DNA of 64,000 nt from Candidatus Tanganyikabacteria bacterium (GTDB taxonomy: Bacteria; Cyanobacteriota; Sericytochromatia; S15B-MN24; VGJW01): positions 66,552 to 130,551 of the forward strand of contig VGJW01000008.1 of assembly GCA_016867265.1 (NCBI GenBank). Direction: 5' to 3'. A model generated the notes under the pieces. It ran no database searches. It saw only the letters and a list, made by a program, of their open reading frames with translations, and was not told where the DNA came from. Made by a program: the position numbers and the translations under genes. Position 1 is the first letter of the stretch. Each line of letters starts with the position of its first letter. This document shows positions 1 to 8,804 of this stretch, in pieces.

Positions 1-1487
1 GAGGCACCGTTGAACGTGCCACCGCGCTCGACGTACTTGACCGAGTACATCAGGCCCTTCAGGCTGCGGACCTGACGGGACACCTTGAGCCGGACCTTGG
101 TCGCCGTGCTGAAGGGCGTGTCGAGGACGTCCTTGGCCATACCAGCCTGACGCAGCACCAGCTGATACTGCACACCGGGCAGATCGGGCTTGGCCGGCCA
201 CGAGGCGACGAGCGTGTCCTTGTCCCACGACAGGCTGATGCCCGCTGCGTCCCAGGTCACGTCCAGGCTCACCATCGCATCCTTGCCCGCCTCGACCCTG
301 ACCGGCGTGGAGACGGCGGCACCTGCCGCAGTCGTGACATCCGGTGCCGCACGGTACACCAGCTGGTACTCGCCAGGGTCCAGGCCTTCGAAGCGATAGC
401 CACCCACGCCGTCCGTCAGAGTCTTGCGCTCGGTGTTGACCCAGCCCTTGCCCTTCTTGACCTTCATGCCGACGGGCACGCCGGCGACGGCAGGCGCCGA
501 CAAGGTGTTGATGACGGCACCGGTCAGAACGCCGACGCGAGGCGCGGGGGCCGTGACGGGGGCGAGCGTCGGGATCGGCTCGGGGGTGGGCTCCGGTGTC
601 GGAACAGGGGTCGGCACAGCCTTGGGTTCGATGACCGGCGCGGGCATCGGTGCAGACGCCTTGCCGACCAACCGGGAACCGATACCGACCAGCAGGGTCT
701 GGATGGGGAATCCATAGCTGTCGGCCGGAACCAACGAAGCATTGGCCTGCAGGTAGGTACCGGTCCACAGGTTGCGGCGCAACCCAAGAGAATGCTGCCA
801 CTCGTGATCTCGCAAACGGGTGGCGCCGGACGCAGGGTCGATCAAGTTGGCCTCTCCAGCCGAAGCCAATCCGACCACCCAGCCCCCGACCGTCCAGTCG
901 AGGCCGGCCCTGAGGGCGAGACCCGTACGATTCGACAAGGCGAACAGGGCAGGCGTGCCGTACAGCACCACATCACCGAGTGACCACGACCCGTTGCATG
1001 CGCCCTCGACCCCCTGGGCAAACGCATAGGGTCCGGACAGAGCCGGTGCAAGCCCCTGGCCCGACGGTCTGAGTTGAAAGTATTGATCGGCACGGTAGCG
1101 CGCATCCCAACCCAACTTCTTGTCGCCGTCCTGCCACAGCGGCCCCCGGGCCGCCAGCGCCGTGCGCGGACCGAAGTCGACCAGCACGGCAAGACCGTCG
1201 CCCAATCTGGCCTGCACGGCCGTCAGCGCGCCCCGGACGTTCAACGAGGTCGAGGGAAACGAGAGAACCCCCAAGCGGAGGCTCAGATCCACTTCACCCG
1301 GCGCACCCAGGTAACCCGGCACCAGATGCAGGCCCGAGGCAGCAAGGCTGCTCGGAGCCAATTCGGCAACCGTGCCGTAGCTCAGCCCGAAGAGCGAGAC
1401 GGTTTCGTCCGACTCGGCCCGCGCTGGTGCGACAGGCGCCACGAGACCGGTCGCGGCAAGGAGGGACAGGAACGAACGCATGCGCAT
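1..1487 (-). CDS. Secreted protein: signal peptide, beta-strand-rich N-domain, PTPEPTP linker, Cna-B/carboxypeptidase-regulatory-like C-domain (runs off the window edge)
   Basis: Absent from the ORF track because there is no stop in the window. Read manually: ATG at 1487, MRMRSFLSLLAATGLVAPVAPARA|ES..., VPTPVPTPEPTPEPIPT, KTLTDGVGGYRFEGLDPGEYQLVY; open to base 1; AGGAG upstream. Confidence 0.8.
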   Translation of the reverse strand, partial: MRMRSFLSLLAATGLVAPVAPARAESDETVSLFGLSYGTVAELAPSSLAASGLHLVPGYLGAPGEVDLSLRLGVLSFPSTSLNVRGALTAVQARLGDGLAVLVDFGPRTALAARGPLWQDGDKKLGWDARYRADQYFQLRPSGQGLAPALSGPYAFAQGVEGACNGSWSLGDVVLYGTPALFALSNRTGLALRAGLDWTVGGWVVGLASAGEANLIDPASGATRLRDHEWQHSLGLRRNLWTGTYLQANASLVPADSYGFPIQTLLVGIGSRLVGKASAPMPAPVIEPKAVPTPVPTPEPTPEPIPTLAPVTAPAPRVGVLTGAVINTLSAPAVAGVPVGMKVKKGKGWVNTERKTLTDGVGGYRFEGLDPGEYQLVYRAAPDVTTAAGAAVSTPVRVEAGKDAMVSLDVTWDAAGISLSWDKDTLVASWPAKPDLPGVQYQLVLRQAGMAKDVLDTPFSTATKVRLKVSRQVRSLKGLMYSVKYVERGGTFNGA

Positions 1488-1492
1488 GGACT

Positions 1493-2656
1493 TTACTGGA
1501 TCGTCTCCTTGAGGATGGGCGCCTTCTGAACCTTGGCCAACCCGCCGATGTTCTGGAAATTATAGCCCCCGATGTAGTAAACGGCCTTGTCTGCAATCTG
1601 GACGACGACACCGCCGGAATACGATTCCGCCAGACTCGAAACCCCATCGGTGCCTAAGCCGACCAGATCACCCGATGCCTCGAAGGTGCCCCGCTCGAGG
1701 GCGGTCAGGAAGTCTCGACCGGAGTAGCCGCCTAGGAAGTAGACATAGTCAGCCAAGGTCACCACACCGTGGTCGTGACGAGGCGCAGAGAGCGCGGAAG
1801 AGACAGCCGAGAACGCCCCAATCGCCCCATCGGCTCCGATGACCGCACGCTCCAGGGTACCCAACGCCACCTTGGTAAAGGATTCGCCGGGAGACATCCC
1901 CCCCGCAACGTAGAAGAAGTCTCCGATTCGGAATCCGGACAAGCCGGAACGCTTGGTCACCAGCGGCGTATCAACCCTCTGGAATGCACCTATCGCACCA
2001 TCTTCGCCAATGGCCGCACGTTCGGTTGTCGCGACGAAGTTGGACATCGACGTCATGTCAAAAGCGCTCTCTCCTCCCATCACGGTCAGAAAGGTGCCTG
2101 TGTTGAGGCCTGCGAAGGCTCCTCGTGCCGCCGCCAGCTTCACCCCTGGAACCTCGGCAAAAGGCCCCATCGAGCCATCGGTAAGCACCGTCGCGCGTTC
2201 CACCTTGTCCGTGGCGTTCGAGCGGGCGGAGGCGTATCCGCCCAGGACGTAGACGAAGTTGCCGACACGGGTGGCCCAGCCCTTGTGGCGAGCCACCACG
2301 AGCTTGTTGTCGGGCAGAAGCGAGAACCCGCCCAGGCTGCCGTCGTCATGGACATCGGCCACCAGAATCTGGTTGGTCGTCATGCCTGAAGATTCAAGAC
2401 CGCCCAGCAGGTACACCTTGTTGCCCACATACAGCGGCATGGCTTCCTGAACGTTGAAAGGCATCGTTGCCGTCACGAGGAAAGCGTCCAGAAGCCCCCT
2501 GATCCGAGGCTCCGCTGGGGCCACCACGCCCGGCAGTGGCGCGGAAAGAAATGAGGCCGGGCTTGCCGCGGGTAACTTCAAGGTCCGCCAATCTTCATTC
2601 CCTAGGGCTCCACAATTGTTGGCTTCTTCGATGGAAAAAGCATCCCGACAAGCCAC
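1493..2656 (-). CDS. Kelch-repeat beta-propeller protein (start uncertain)
   Basis: Six Kelch-like blades: KVYLLGG, FVYVLGGY, FLTVMGG, FFYVAGG, YVYFLGGY, VYYIGGY. Confidence 0.8.
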   Translation of the reverse strand: MACRDAFSIEEANNCGALGNEDWRTLKLPAASPASFLSAPLPGVVAPAEPRIRGLLDAFLVTATMPFNVQEAMPLYVGNKVYLLGGLESSGMTTNQILVADVHDDGSLGGFSLLPDNKLVVARHKGWATRVGNFVYVLGGYASARSNATDKVERATVLTDGSMGPFAEVPGVKLAAARGAFAGLNTGTFLTVMGGESAFDMTSMSNFVATTERAAIGEDGAIGAFQRVDTPLVTKRSGLSGFRIGDFFYVAGGMSPGESFTKVALGTLERAVIGADGAIGAFSAVSSALSAPRHDHGVVTLADYVYFLGGYSGRDFLTALERGTFEASGDLVGLGTDGVSSLAESYSGGVVVQIADKAVYYIGGYNFQNIGGLAKVQKAPILKETIQ

Positions 2657-2785
2657 TCGCCACCACGGCGACCGCCAACCACCCGAATCGCCTGGAAATC
2701 AAGTTGGTGCACCTCGACCGGAAAGCCCGTTACAAGCCAGAACCTGAGTGGCAAGCGTGCCGATTGTCCACACGCATGGCCCGGA

Positions 2786-2813
2786 TTCAACTCCCGTTCC
2801 CATGCCGTACAAT
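2786..2813 (+). promoter_or_regulatory. Putative sigma70 promoter of the BMC operon
   Basis: TTCAAC-N16-TACAAT, ending 30 nt before the rpiB ATG. Confidence 0.45.
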
Positions 2814-2843
2814 GGGGCGCCCCCCCGACCGGCCAGGAAACCC

Positions 2844-3296
2844 ATGCGCATCGCGATCGGCAGCGACCACGGCGGCTTCCCGCTCAAGGAAGCGCTCCGC
2901 GCCTATGTGCAGGGCCTGGGCCACACCGTGACCGACATGGGCACCTACAGCACCGTAGCCTGCGACTATCCCGACTATGCCCTCAAGGTCGCGGGCGCCG
3001 TCGCGACGGGTGAGGCGGACCGGGGCATCATGATCGATGGCGCCGGCATCGGCAGCGGCATGGTCGCCAACAAGCTGCCCGGCATCCGCGCCGCCCTCTG
3101 CAACGACATGTACGCCGCCCGCAACGCCCGCGAGCACAACGACGCCAACGTGCTCACGCTGGGCGCGCGCGTCATCGGCCCGGGCCTCGCCGAGGAAGTC
3201 GTCCGGCTGTTCCTGGACACCGCCTTCGCCACCCGCCACCAGCCCCGCATCGACAAGATCCACGCCCTCGAGCGCGAGCTCCATCGGAACGGTTGA
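2844..3296 (+). CDS. rpiB: RpiB/LacA/LacB family sugar-phosphate isomerase
   Basis: [49 protein letters not shown]. Confidence 0.93.
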   Translation: MRIAIGSDHGGFPLKEALRAYVQGLGHTVTDMGTYSTVACDYPDYALKVAGAVATGEADRGIMIDGAGIGSGMVANKLPGIRAALCNDMYAARNAREHNDANVLTLGARVIGPGLAEEVVRLFLDTAFATRHQPRIDKIHALERELHRNG

Positions 3297-3303
3297 CCTC
3301 CTC

Positions 3304-4515
3304 ATGTCCACGTCCGGCCGCCGCACCCTCGTCCTCTACACCGAGGACCACCGCAACCTGCCCGCTGTCCTCGACGCCACCACGGCCGCCGGCCACAAGG
3401 TCCGCCTGTGGCAACCCCGCTGGGCCCGCCCGCTCAAGGCCATCGCCTTCGAAACCGTGGCCGCCGAGACGGCCGACCCGGCCAAGGTGCTGGGCGAGAC
3501 GGACCTGATCGTGCTGCCCAGCGTCCCCGACAGCCTGAGCAAGCTGCTGGCCTCGGCCGACGAGGACAGTCCCACCGTCCGCCTCGTGCGCCACGCCCGC
3601 CGCAGGGGGATCCCGATGGTGGCGCTCGCCGGCGAGGGCCAGGCCAAAGCACTTGCCGCCGTCGGCATCGCGCCCGTCACCATCAAGGAGGTCGCGACCC
3701 CCGAGAAGGCCATCGCCGAGTTGCCGTCGTGCGACACCTGCGCCAAGCAGTCCACCTGCGCCGTCCGGTGCAGCGGCCGCGTGCAGGACCTGGTCACGCT
3801 GGGCGCAGCCCGCATCGGGGCTGGCGAGGGCGTGGGCGCCCCAAACCCCAAGCTGGCGCGCATGATCGACCACACCCTCCTCAAGGCGGACGCCACCGAG
3901 GACGAGGTCCGCAAGCTGTGCGCCGAAGCCCGCCAGCAAAGATTCATGAGCGTCTGCGTCAACCCGGGCTGGGTCAAGCTCTCGGCCCAGCTGCTCAAGG
4001 ACAGCGGCGTCAAGGTCTGCACCGTCGTCGGCTTCCCGCTGGGCGCCACCGACACCGCCACCAAGGTCTTCGAGACGCAGGAAGCCATCCGCAATGGCGC
4101 CACCGAGATCGACATGGTGATCAACGTGGGCGCCCTCAAGAGCAAGGACTACGAGACGGTCGAGCGCGACATCCGCGGCGTCGTGCAGGCCTGCCCCAAG
4201 GGCATCGTCAGCAAGGTCATCCTCGAGACGGCCCTGCTCGACGACGAGCAGAAGGTCATCGCGTGCGCCCTGTCCAAAAGCGCCGGTGCCGACTTCGTGA
4301 AGACCTCGACCGGCTTCTCGACAGGTGGCGCGACCGTTCGCGACATCGCCCTGATGCGTGCCACCGTGGGCCCGGAACTTGGCGTCAAGGCCTCGGGCGG
4401 CATCCGCGACACGAAAACCGCACAGGACATGATCGCCGCCGGCGCGACGCGCATCGGGGCCAGCGCCTCCGTTGCCATTGTCAAAGGTGTCTCCGCCGGG
4501 GCAGGAAGCTACTAG
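3304..4515 (+). CDS. deoC: Deoxyribose-phosphate aldolase with ~180-aa N-terminal extension (flavoprotein-like segment plus Cys4 motif)
   Basis: [58 protein letters not shown]; extension contains [14 protein letters not shown]. Confidence 0.92.
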   Translation: MSTSGRRTLVLYTEDHRNLPAVLDATTAAGHKVRLWQPRWARPLKAIAFETVAAETADPAKVLGETDLIVLPSVPDSLSKLLASADEDSPTVRLVRHARRRGIPMVALAGEGQAKALAAVGIAPVTIKEVATPEKAIAELPSCDTCAKQSTCAVRCSGRVQDLVTLGAARIGAGEGVGAPNPKLARMIDHTLLKADATEDEVRKLCAEARQQRFMSVCVNPGWVKLSAQLLKDSGVKVCTVVGFPLGATDTATKVFETQEAIRNGATEIDMVINVGALKSKDYETVERDIRGVVQACPKGIVSKVILETALLDDEQKVIACALSKSAGADFVKTSTGFSTGGATVRDIALMRATVGPELGVKASGGIRDTKTAQDMIAAGATRIGASASVAIVKGVSAGAGSY

Positions 4516-4577
4516 CGCCCCTCCACCTTCACCCACTTCGTCACCCCGTCCCACCCGCATCCGCCCCGAGGGCTCCC

Positions 4578-5213
4578 ATGGCCGAGAACGTCCAGCTCCG
4601 CACCTTCTGCTACATCGACGCGATGCAGCCGCAGTTCGCTGCCTTCATGGCCTCGGTCGCCTCCGGCTACCTTCCCGTCGAAGGCCAGGCCGCCCTCTAT
4701 GTCGAGGTCGCGCCCGGCATGGCCATCAACAACCTTATGGACGTGGCGCTCAAGGCCACCAAGGTCACGCCAGCCGAGCAGATCGTCGAGCGTCAGTACG
4801 GCATGCTCGAGCTGCACGCCGACGAGCAAGCCGAGGTCCGACAGGCCGGCGACGCCATCCTGCGGGCGATGGGCAAGACCGAGGCCGATCGCCTGAAGCC
4901 CAAGGTCGTTTCGAACCAGATCATCCACCGCGTGACAGACCACCAGGCCATGCTGATCAACCGCAGCGGTCGCAAGGGCATGATGCTGGTCGCCAAGCAG
5001 ACGCTCTTCATCATGGAGACTTATCCCGCCGGCTACGCCGCGCTCGCTGCAAACGAGGCCGAGAAGGCCGCCGACGTGAACATCGTCATCATCCGGCCCA
5101 CGGGTGCCTTCGGGCGCCTGTACCTGGCCGGTGACGAAGATCAAATCAAGATCGCCCGGGATGCGGCCATGCAGGCCGTTTCCGACCTCGACGGCATCGA
5201 CGAGAAGCGCTGA
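4578..5213 (+). CDS. BMC shell protein, permuted tandem-domain BMC-Tdp (CcmP/CsoS1D-like)
   Basis: LRTFCYIDAMQPQFAAF, EVAPGMAI, VERQYGMLELH, PAGYAALAANEAEKAA, GAFGRLYLAG. Confidence 0.9.
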   Translation: MAENVQLRTFCYIDAMQPQFAAFMASVASGYLPVEGQAALYVEVAPGMAINNLMDVALKATKVTPAEQIVERQYGMLELHADEQAEVRQAGDAILRAMGKTEADRLKPKVVSNQIIHRVTDHQAMLINRSGRKGMMLVAKQTLFIMETYPAGYAALAANEAEKAADVNIVIIRPTGAFGRLYLAGDEDQIKIARDAAMQAVSDLDGIDEKR

Positions 5214-5254
5214 CCCCATCGCCCCCTACCCACCCACACTAAGGAGAAAAACCC

Positions 5255-5548
5255 ATGGCTGATGCGCTCGGCATGATCGAGACCAAAAGCTTCGCCGCCC
5301 TCGTCGAGGCCTCGGACGCGATGGTCAAGGCGGCCAAGGTCGAACTCGTAACCTACGAGAAGACCGGCGGCGGCTTCGTGACCGCCATCGTCCGCGGTGA
5401 TGTCGCCGCCGTGAAGGCCGCGACCGAGGCCGGCTCCCGCGCCGCCGAGAAGGTCGGCGAGGTCGTCGCCGTCCACGTCATCGCCCGCCCGCATGCCAAC
5501 ATCGACGCGGTCATGCCGCTCGGTCGCGGCGACGGCGCCAAGGCCTGA
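5255..5548 (+). CDS. BMC-H hexameric shell protein (EutM/PduA/CcmK family)
   Basis: ALGMIETK...[11 protein letters not shown]...[19 protein letters not shown]...HVIARPH; strong AAGGAG RBS. Confidence 0.96.
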   Translation: MADALGMIETKSFAALVEASDAMVKAAKVELVTYEKTGGGFVTAIVRGDVAAVKAATEAGSRAAEKVGEVVAVHVIARPHANIDAVMPLGRGDGAKA

Positions 5549-5620
5549 TCGCCCCCTGCGTGACGTCCGGGCCCGGCTCGATGGCCGGGTCCCGGGGCGT
5601 CGCCTGAACGGAGGAACCCG

Positions 5621-5935
5621 ATGCTGATCGGACGCGTCGTCGGCTCGCTGGTCGCCGACCAGAAGGACCCCAAGCTGCTTGGCAGCAAGCTGCTGGTGGT
5701 CCAGCAACTGGACATCGAGGCCCGCGAGACCTCGGGCTACGTCATCGCCGCGGACTCCGTCGGCGCCGGCGAGGGCGAGGTCGTGCTCTACGCCACGGGC
5801 TCGAGCGCCCGCAACACCCATGCGACCGAGGGCAAGCCCATCGACGCCACCATCATGGCCATCGTCGACACTTGGGATGTCCACGGCGTTACCCGGTTCC
5901 AGAAGGACACGGCCCTCCCCGTCACGTCCTGGTAG
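5621..5935 (+). CDS. BMC-P pentameric vertex protein (EutN/CcmL family) #1
   Basis: MLIGRVVGSLVA.QKDPKLLGSKLLVV, AADSVGAGEGE, PIDATIMAIVD. Confidence 0.93.
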   Translation: MLIGRVVGSLVADQKDPKLLGSKLLVVQQLDIEARETSGYVIAADSVGAGEGEVVLYATGSSARNTHATEGKPIDATIMAIVDTWDVHGVTRFQKDTALPVTSW

Positions 5936-5982
5936 GCCGCCGGCCTGCCCTTCCGCGTCCCCCACCCGGAGACCCCTGCCCC

Positions 5983-7416
5983 ATGTCGATGTCCCAGGCC
6001 CAGTTGAGCGCCCTCGTCCAGCGCGTGCTCCAGCGCGTCGAGGACGGCGGGGGCGGCCGTATCGCGGCCGTGGCGGGCGGCGGGACCGTCGAAGGCGTCT
6101 ACCCGACGCTCGACGCGGCGGTCGCGGCGGCCAACAAGGCCCAGCAGACCCTCGAGTGGCACCGCTCGATGGCCGACAGGTCGCGCATCATCGAGGCGAT
6201 GCGCGCGATGATGCGCGACAACCTCGAGACCATCGCCAGACTCGCCGTCGAGGAGACGGGCCTCGGCCGGGTCGACCACAAGGTCATCAAGAACCGCCTC
6301 GTCACCAACAAGACGCCCGGTACCGAGGACCTCACCTCGCAGGTCTGGACCGGCGACCACGGCCTGACGCTTTACGAATTCGCGCCGTGGGGCGTCATCG
6401 GGGCCATCTGCCCCACCACAAACCCGTCCGAGACCGTCATCTGCAACGCCATCGGCATGATTGCGGCCGGCAACGCCGTGGTCTTCCAGCCGCACCCCAG
6501 CGCCAAGCGCGTGACCCACCTGACGATCGGCCTGCTCAACCGCGCCATCGTCTCGGCAGGCGGCCCGCCTGACCTCATCACCACCATCGCCGAGCCCACG
6601 ATGGACACGGCAACCGCGCTCATGAAGCACCCCGGCATCCGCCTGCTGGTCGTCACCGGCGGCCCGGGCGTGGTCAAGGCGGCGATGGCCTCGGGCAAGA
6701 AGACCATCGCGGCAGGTCCGGGCAACCCGCCCTCGTTGTGCGACGAGACGGCCGACCTCGAGAAAGCCGCCCGCGACATGGTCAACGGCGCGTCCTTCGA
6801 CAACAACATCATCTGCTGTGACGAGAAGGAGTTCATCGCCGTCGCGTCGATCGCCGACGCGCTCAAGGGCCACATGCGCCAGGCAGGGGCCTTCGAGGCC
6901 GATGCCGACCAGACCGAGCGCCTGATGAAGGCGATCCTCGCCACCGACCGCGGCCCCGGGCAGCATTCGGATGTCAACAAGAAGTTCGTCGGCAAGGACG
7001 CCAGCGTGATCCTGCGGGAGATCGGCATCAACGTGGGCCCCGAGGTCAAGATGGTCCTCGCCGAGGTCAACCGCAACCACACGCTGCTGCACACCGAACA
7101 ACTGATGCCCGTCATCCCCTTCACCCGGGTCCGGGACTTCCACGAGGGGCTCGAGCTGGCTCGCGAGGTCGAGCATGGCTACGGCCACACCTCGAGCATC
7201 CACAGCCGCCGCATCGACCGGATGAGCGAGATGGCCCGGGTCATGAACACGGCCATCTTCGTCAAGAACGGCGCTCACTACTCGGGCCTGGGCGAGGGCG
7301 GAGAGGGGCCGACCTCCTTCACCATCGCCCACCCCACGGGCGAGGGCCTGACGTACGCCCGCCACTTCTCGCGCATGCGCCGCTGCGCGCTCGTCGACGC
7401 CCTGCGGATCGTCTAG
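5983..7416 (+). CDS. BMC CoA-acylating aldehyde dehydrogenase (EutE/PduP family) with N-terminal encapsulation peptide
   Basis: PWGVIGAICPTTNPSET, VTGGPGVV, AGPGNPP, SFDNNIICCDEKE, TEQLMP, SFTIAHPTGEG; amphipathic N-terminus QLSALVQRVLQRV. Confidence 0.93.
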   Translation: MSMSQAQLSALVQRVLQRVEDGGGGRIAAVAGGGTVEGVYPTLDAAVAAANKAQQTLEWHRSMADRSRIIEAMRAMMRDNLETIARLAVEETGLGRVDHKVIKNRLVTNKTPGTEDLTSQVWTGDHGLTLYEFAPWGVIGAICPTTNPSETVICNAIGMIAAGNAVVFQPHPSAKRVTHLTIGLLNRAIVSAGGPPDLITTIAEPTMDTATALMKHPGIRLLVVTGGPGVVKAAMASGKKTIAAGPGNPPSLCDETADLEKAARDMVNGASFDNNIICCDEKEFIAVASIADALKGHMRQAGAFEADADQTERLMKAILATDRGPGQHSDVNKKFVGKDASVILREIGINVGPEVKMVLAEVNRNHTLLHTEQLMPVIPFTRVRDFHEGLELAREVEHGYGHTSSIHSRRIDRMSEMARVMNTAIFVKNGAHYSGLGEGGEGPTSFTIAHPTGEGLTYARHFSRMRRCALVDALRIV

Positions 7417-7427
7417 CCCTGACCCCG

Positions 7428-8804
7428 ATGGCCCTGCACGCCGCCACCGCCCGTCCCGCCGCCCTCGCCGCGGCGGCCCGGGATGCCGGCCTGCTGGACG
7501 GGCAGGGACGTCCCCTGCACCTGCGCCTCGCGGCCGCGTGGCAACGCGTCCTCGTCGTCCCCTCGTCGGCCGATCCGGCCTGCCCGACGGATGCCGTGCT
7601 CTGGCAGCACCAGGCAACCGAACTGCTGCTTGCACTCGAGGTCCTCGCCGGCTGCCATGGCGGCGCACGGTCGCGCATCGAGATCGCCCTGTCCTCGACC
7701 ACCGCCCGGCTGATCGACCTCGACAACCTGCGGCCCCGACTCGACGGCGCGGGTGTGCTCGTGTTGCCGGATCGCTATCCTGCGGCCGCGACGGAACATG
7801 CGTGGCTGGCCCGGGTGGGCCACGCCTTCCCGGGCTGGCAGGCGGCGGCCGAGGAGGGTGTCCTCGTGCTGGACACCGTCGGCCTCTGGCAACTGGGCCT
7901 GCGCGCCGGTGGACACGTGCCTGCGCCCCGCATCCTGACATGCACCGATGCACAAGGTGCCGTCCGGTCGTGGCTGCTGCCGTTGGGCAGTCCGCTCGCG
8001 CCCATCCTGGAGGCGCTCCCTGAGGGCGAGGCATGGGCCGGGGGTGCCCTGTCGGGCCGTCGTCTGGATGCCGGTGAGTACGTCGCCGCCGACGTGCACT
8101 GGATCCAGGCGCTGCCCCGGGACCATGCGGCCACGCGCCATCGCCGCGTCCCCGTCGACGTAGCCCTCAAACGCGCCCTGTCGTTGTGCGGCACGTGTAC
8201 CGCCTGCACGGACTGGTGCCCGTCGGCGGACGTGCCGGCGTCCGGTGCGGCCGGGCATCCCGCGCATGCGGCCACCGGCCTCGTGCCGCACCGCCTTGTA
8301 CGCCTCGCGGCCCACGGCCAGGAGGGCCAAGCCGAACTCTTGATGGGTGCTCGTCATTGCGGTGCTTGCGGGATCTGCAGCGTGGCCGCCTGTCCCTCCG
8401 AGGTCAACCCCGCAGCCCTCCTGGTGGCCCTGCGCGAGGGCCTGGTCGCAGGTGGCGTGCCCCGGACGGCGGCACCGACCGGGGCACCCTCGCGCTTGAC
8501 CGGTGCCTTGGCGGGTCCTGCAGCCCATCATTTCCGGCTGGGCGAGGACGCGTTGCTGGAACGCCTGCGCGTGCGACGACCCGTCACCGTGCCCGAGCCT
8601 GCCGCCCACCACCCCCGCAAGATCCGGATCCCGCTCGTCGCGGACGGGGACGTCCCCCTCGCCCCGCTGTGGCCCGAGGACGGCCAGGTCAAGGCCGGTC
8701 AGCCTGTCGCGCTCACGCCCCACGCCCACGGCGGCTGGCGCCTCGTCGCCCCGATCTCGGGCAGGCTCGCCTGGAGCCCCGGCCAGCTCGAGGTCCTCGC
8801 ATGA
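7428..8804 (+). CDS. PduS/RnfC-like Fe-S protein, divergent
   Basis: Two ferredoxin motifs, CGTCTACTDWCP and CGACGICSVAACP; C-terminal GQVKAGQPVA...VAPISG; position in the BMC operon next to a PduT-like gene. Confidence 0.7.
   Translation: MALHAATARPAALAAAARDAGLLDGQGRPLHLRLAAAWQRVLVVPSSADPACPTDAVLWQHQATELLLALEVLAGCHGGARSRIEIALSSTTARLIDLDNLRPRLDGAGVLVLPDRYPAAATEHAWLARVGHAFPGWQAAAEEGVLVLDTVGLWQLGLRAGGHVPAPRILTCTDAQGAVRSWLLPLGSPLAPILEALPEGEAWAGGALSGRRLDAGEYVAADVHWIQALPRDHAATRHRRVPVDVALKRALSLCGTCTACTDWCPSADVPASGAAGHPAHAATGLVPHRLVRLAAHGQEGQAELLMGARHCGACGICSVAACPSEVNPAALLVALREGLVAGGVPRTAAPTGAPSRLTGALAGPAAHHFRLGEDALLERLRVRRPVTVPEPAAHHPRKIRIPLVADGDVPLAPLWPEDGQVKAGQPVALTPHAHGGWRLVAPISGRLAWSPGQLEVLA

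Noticed and set aside
2657-2790. In-frame TGA (2699-2701) upstream of the Kelch ORF as possible selenocysteine/readthrough or a broken signal peptide
   Set aside because: The upstream peptide is not a convincing signal sequence and I see no SECIS-like support; the start is simply uncertain.
5788-8034. 748-aa minus-strand ORF and similar long antisense ORFs (3172-4560, 9813-11774, 17855-19954, 43680-45791, 53870-55303, 56012-58273)
   Set aside because: They are shadows of well-supported genes on the opposite strand. High GC3 suppresses stop codons, and the translations have no recognisable motifs.
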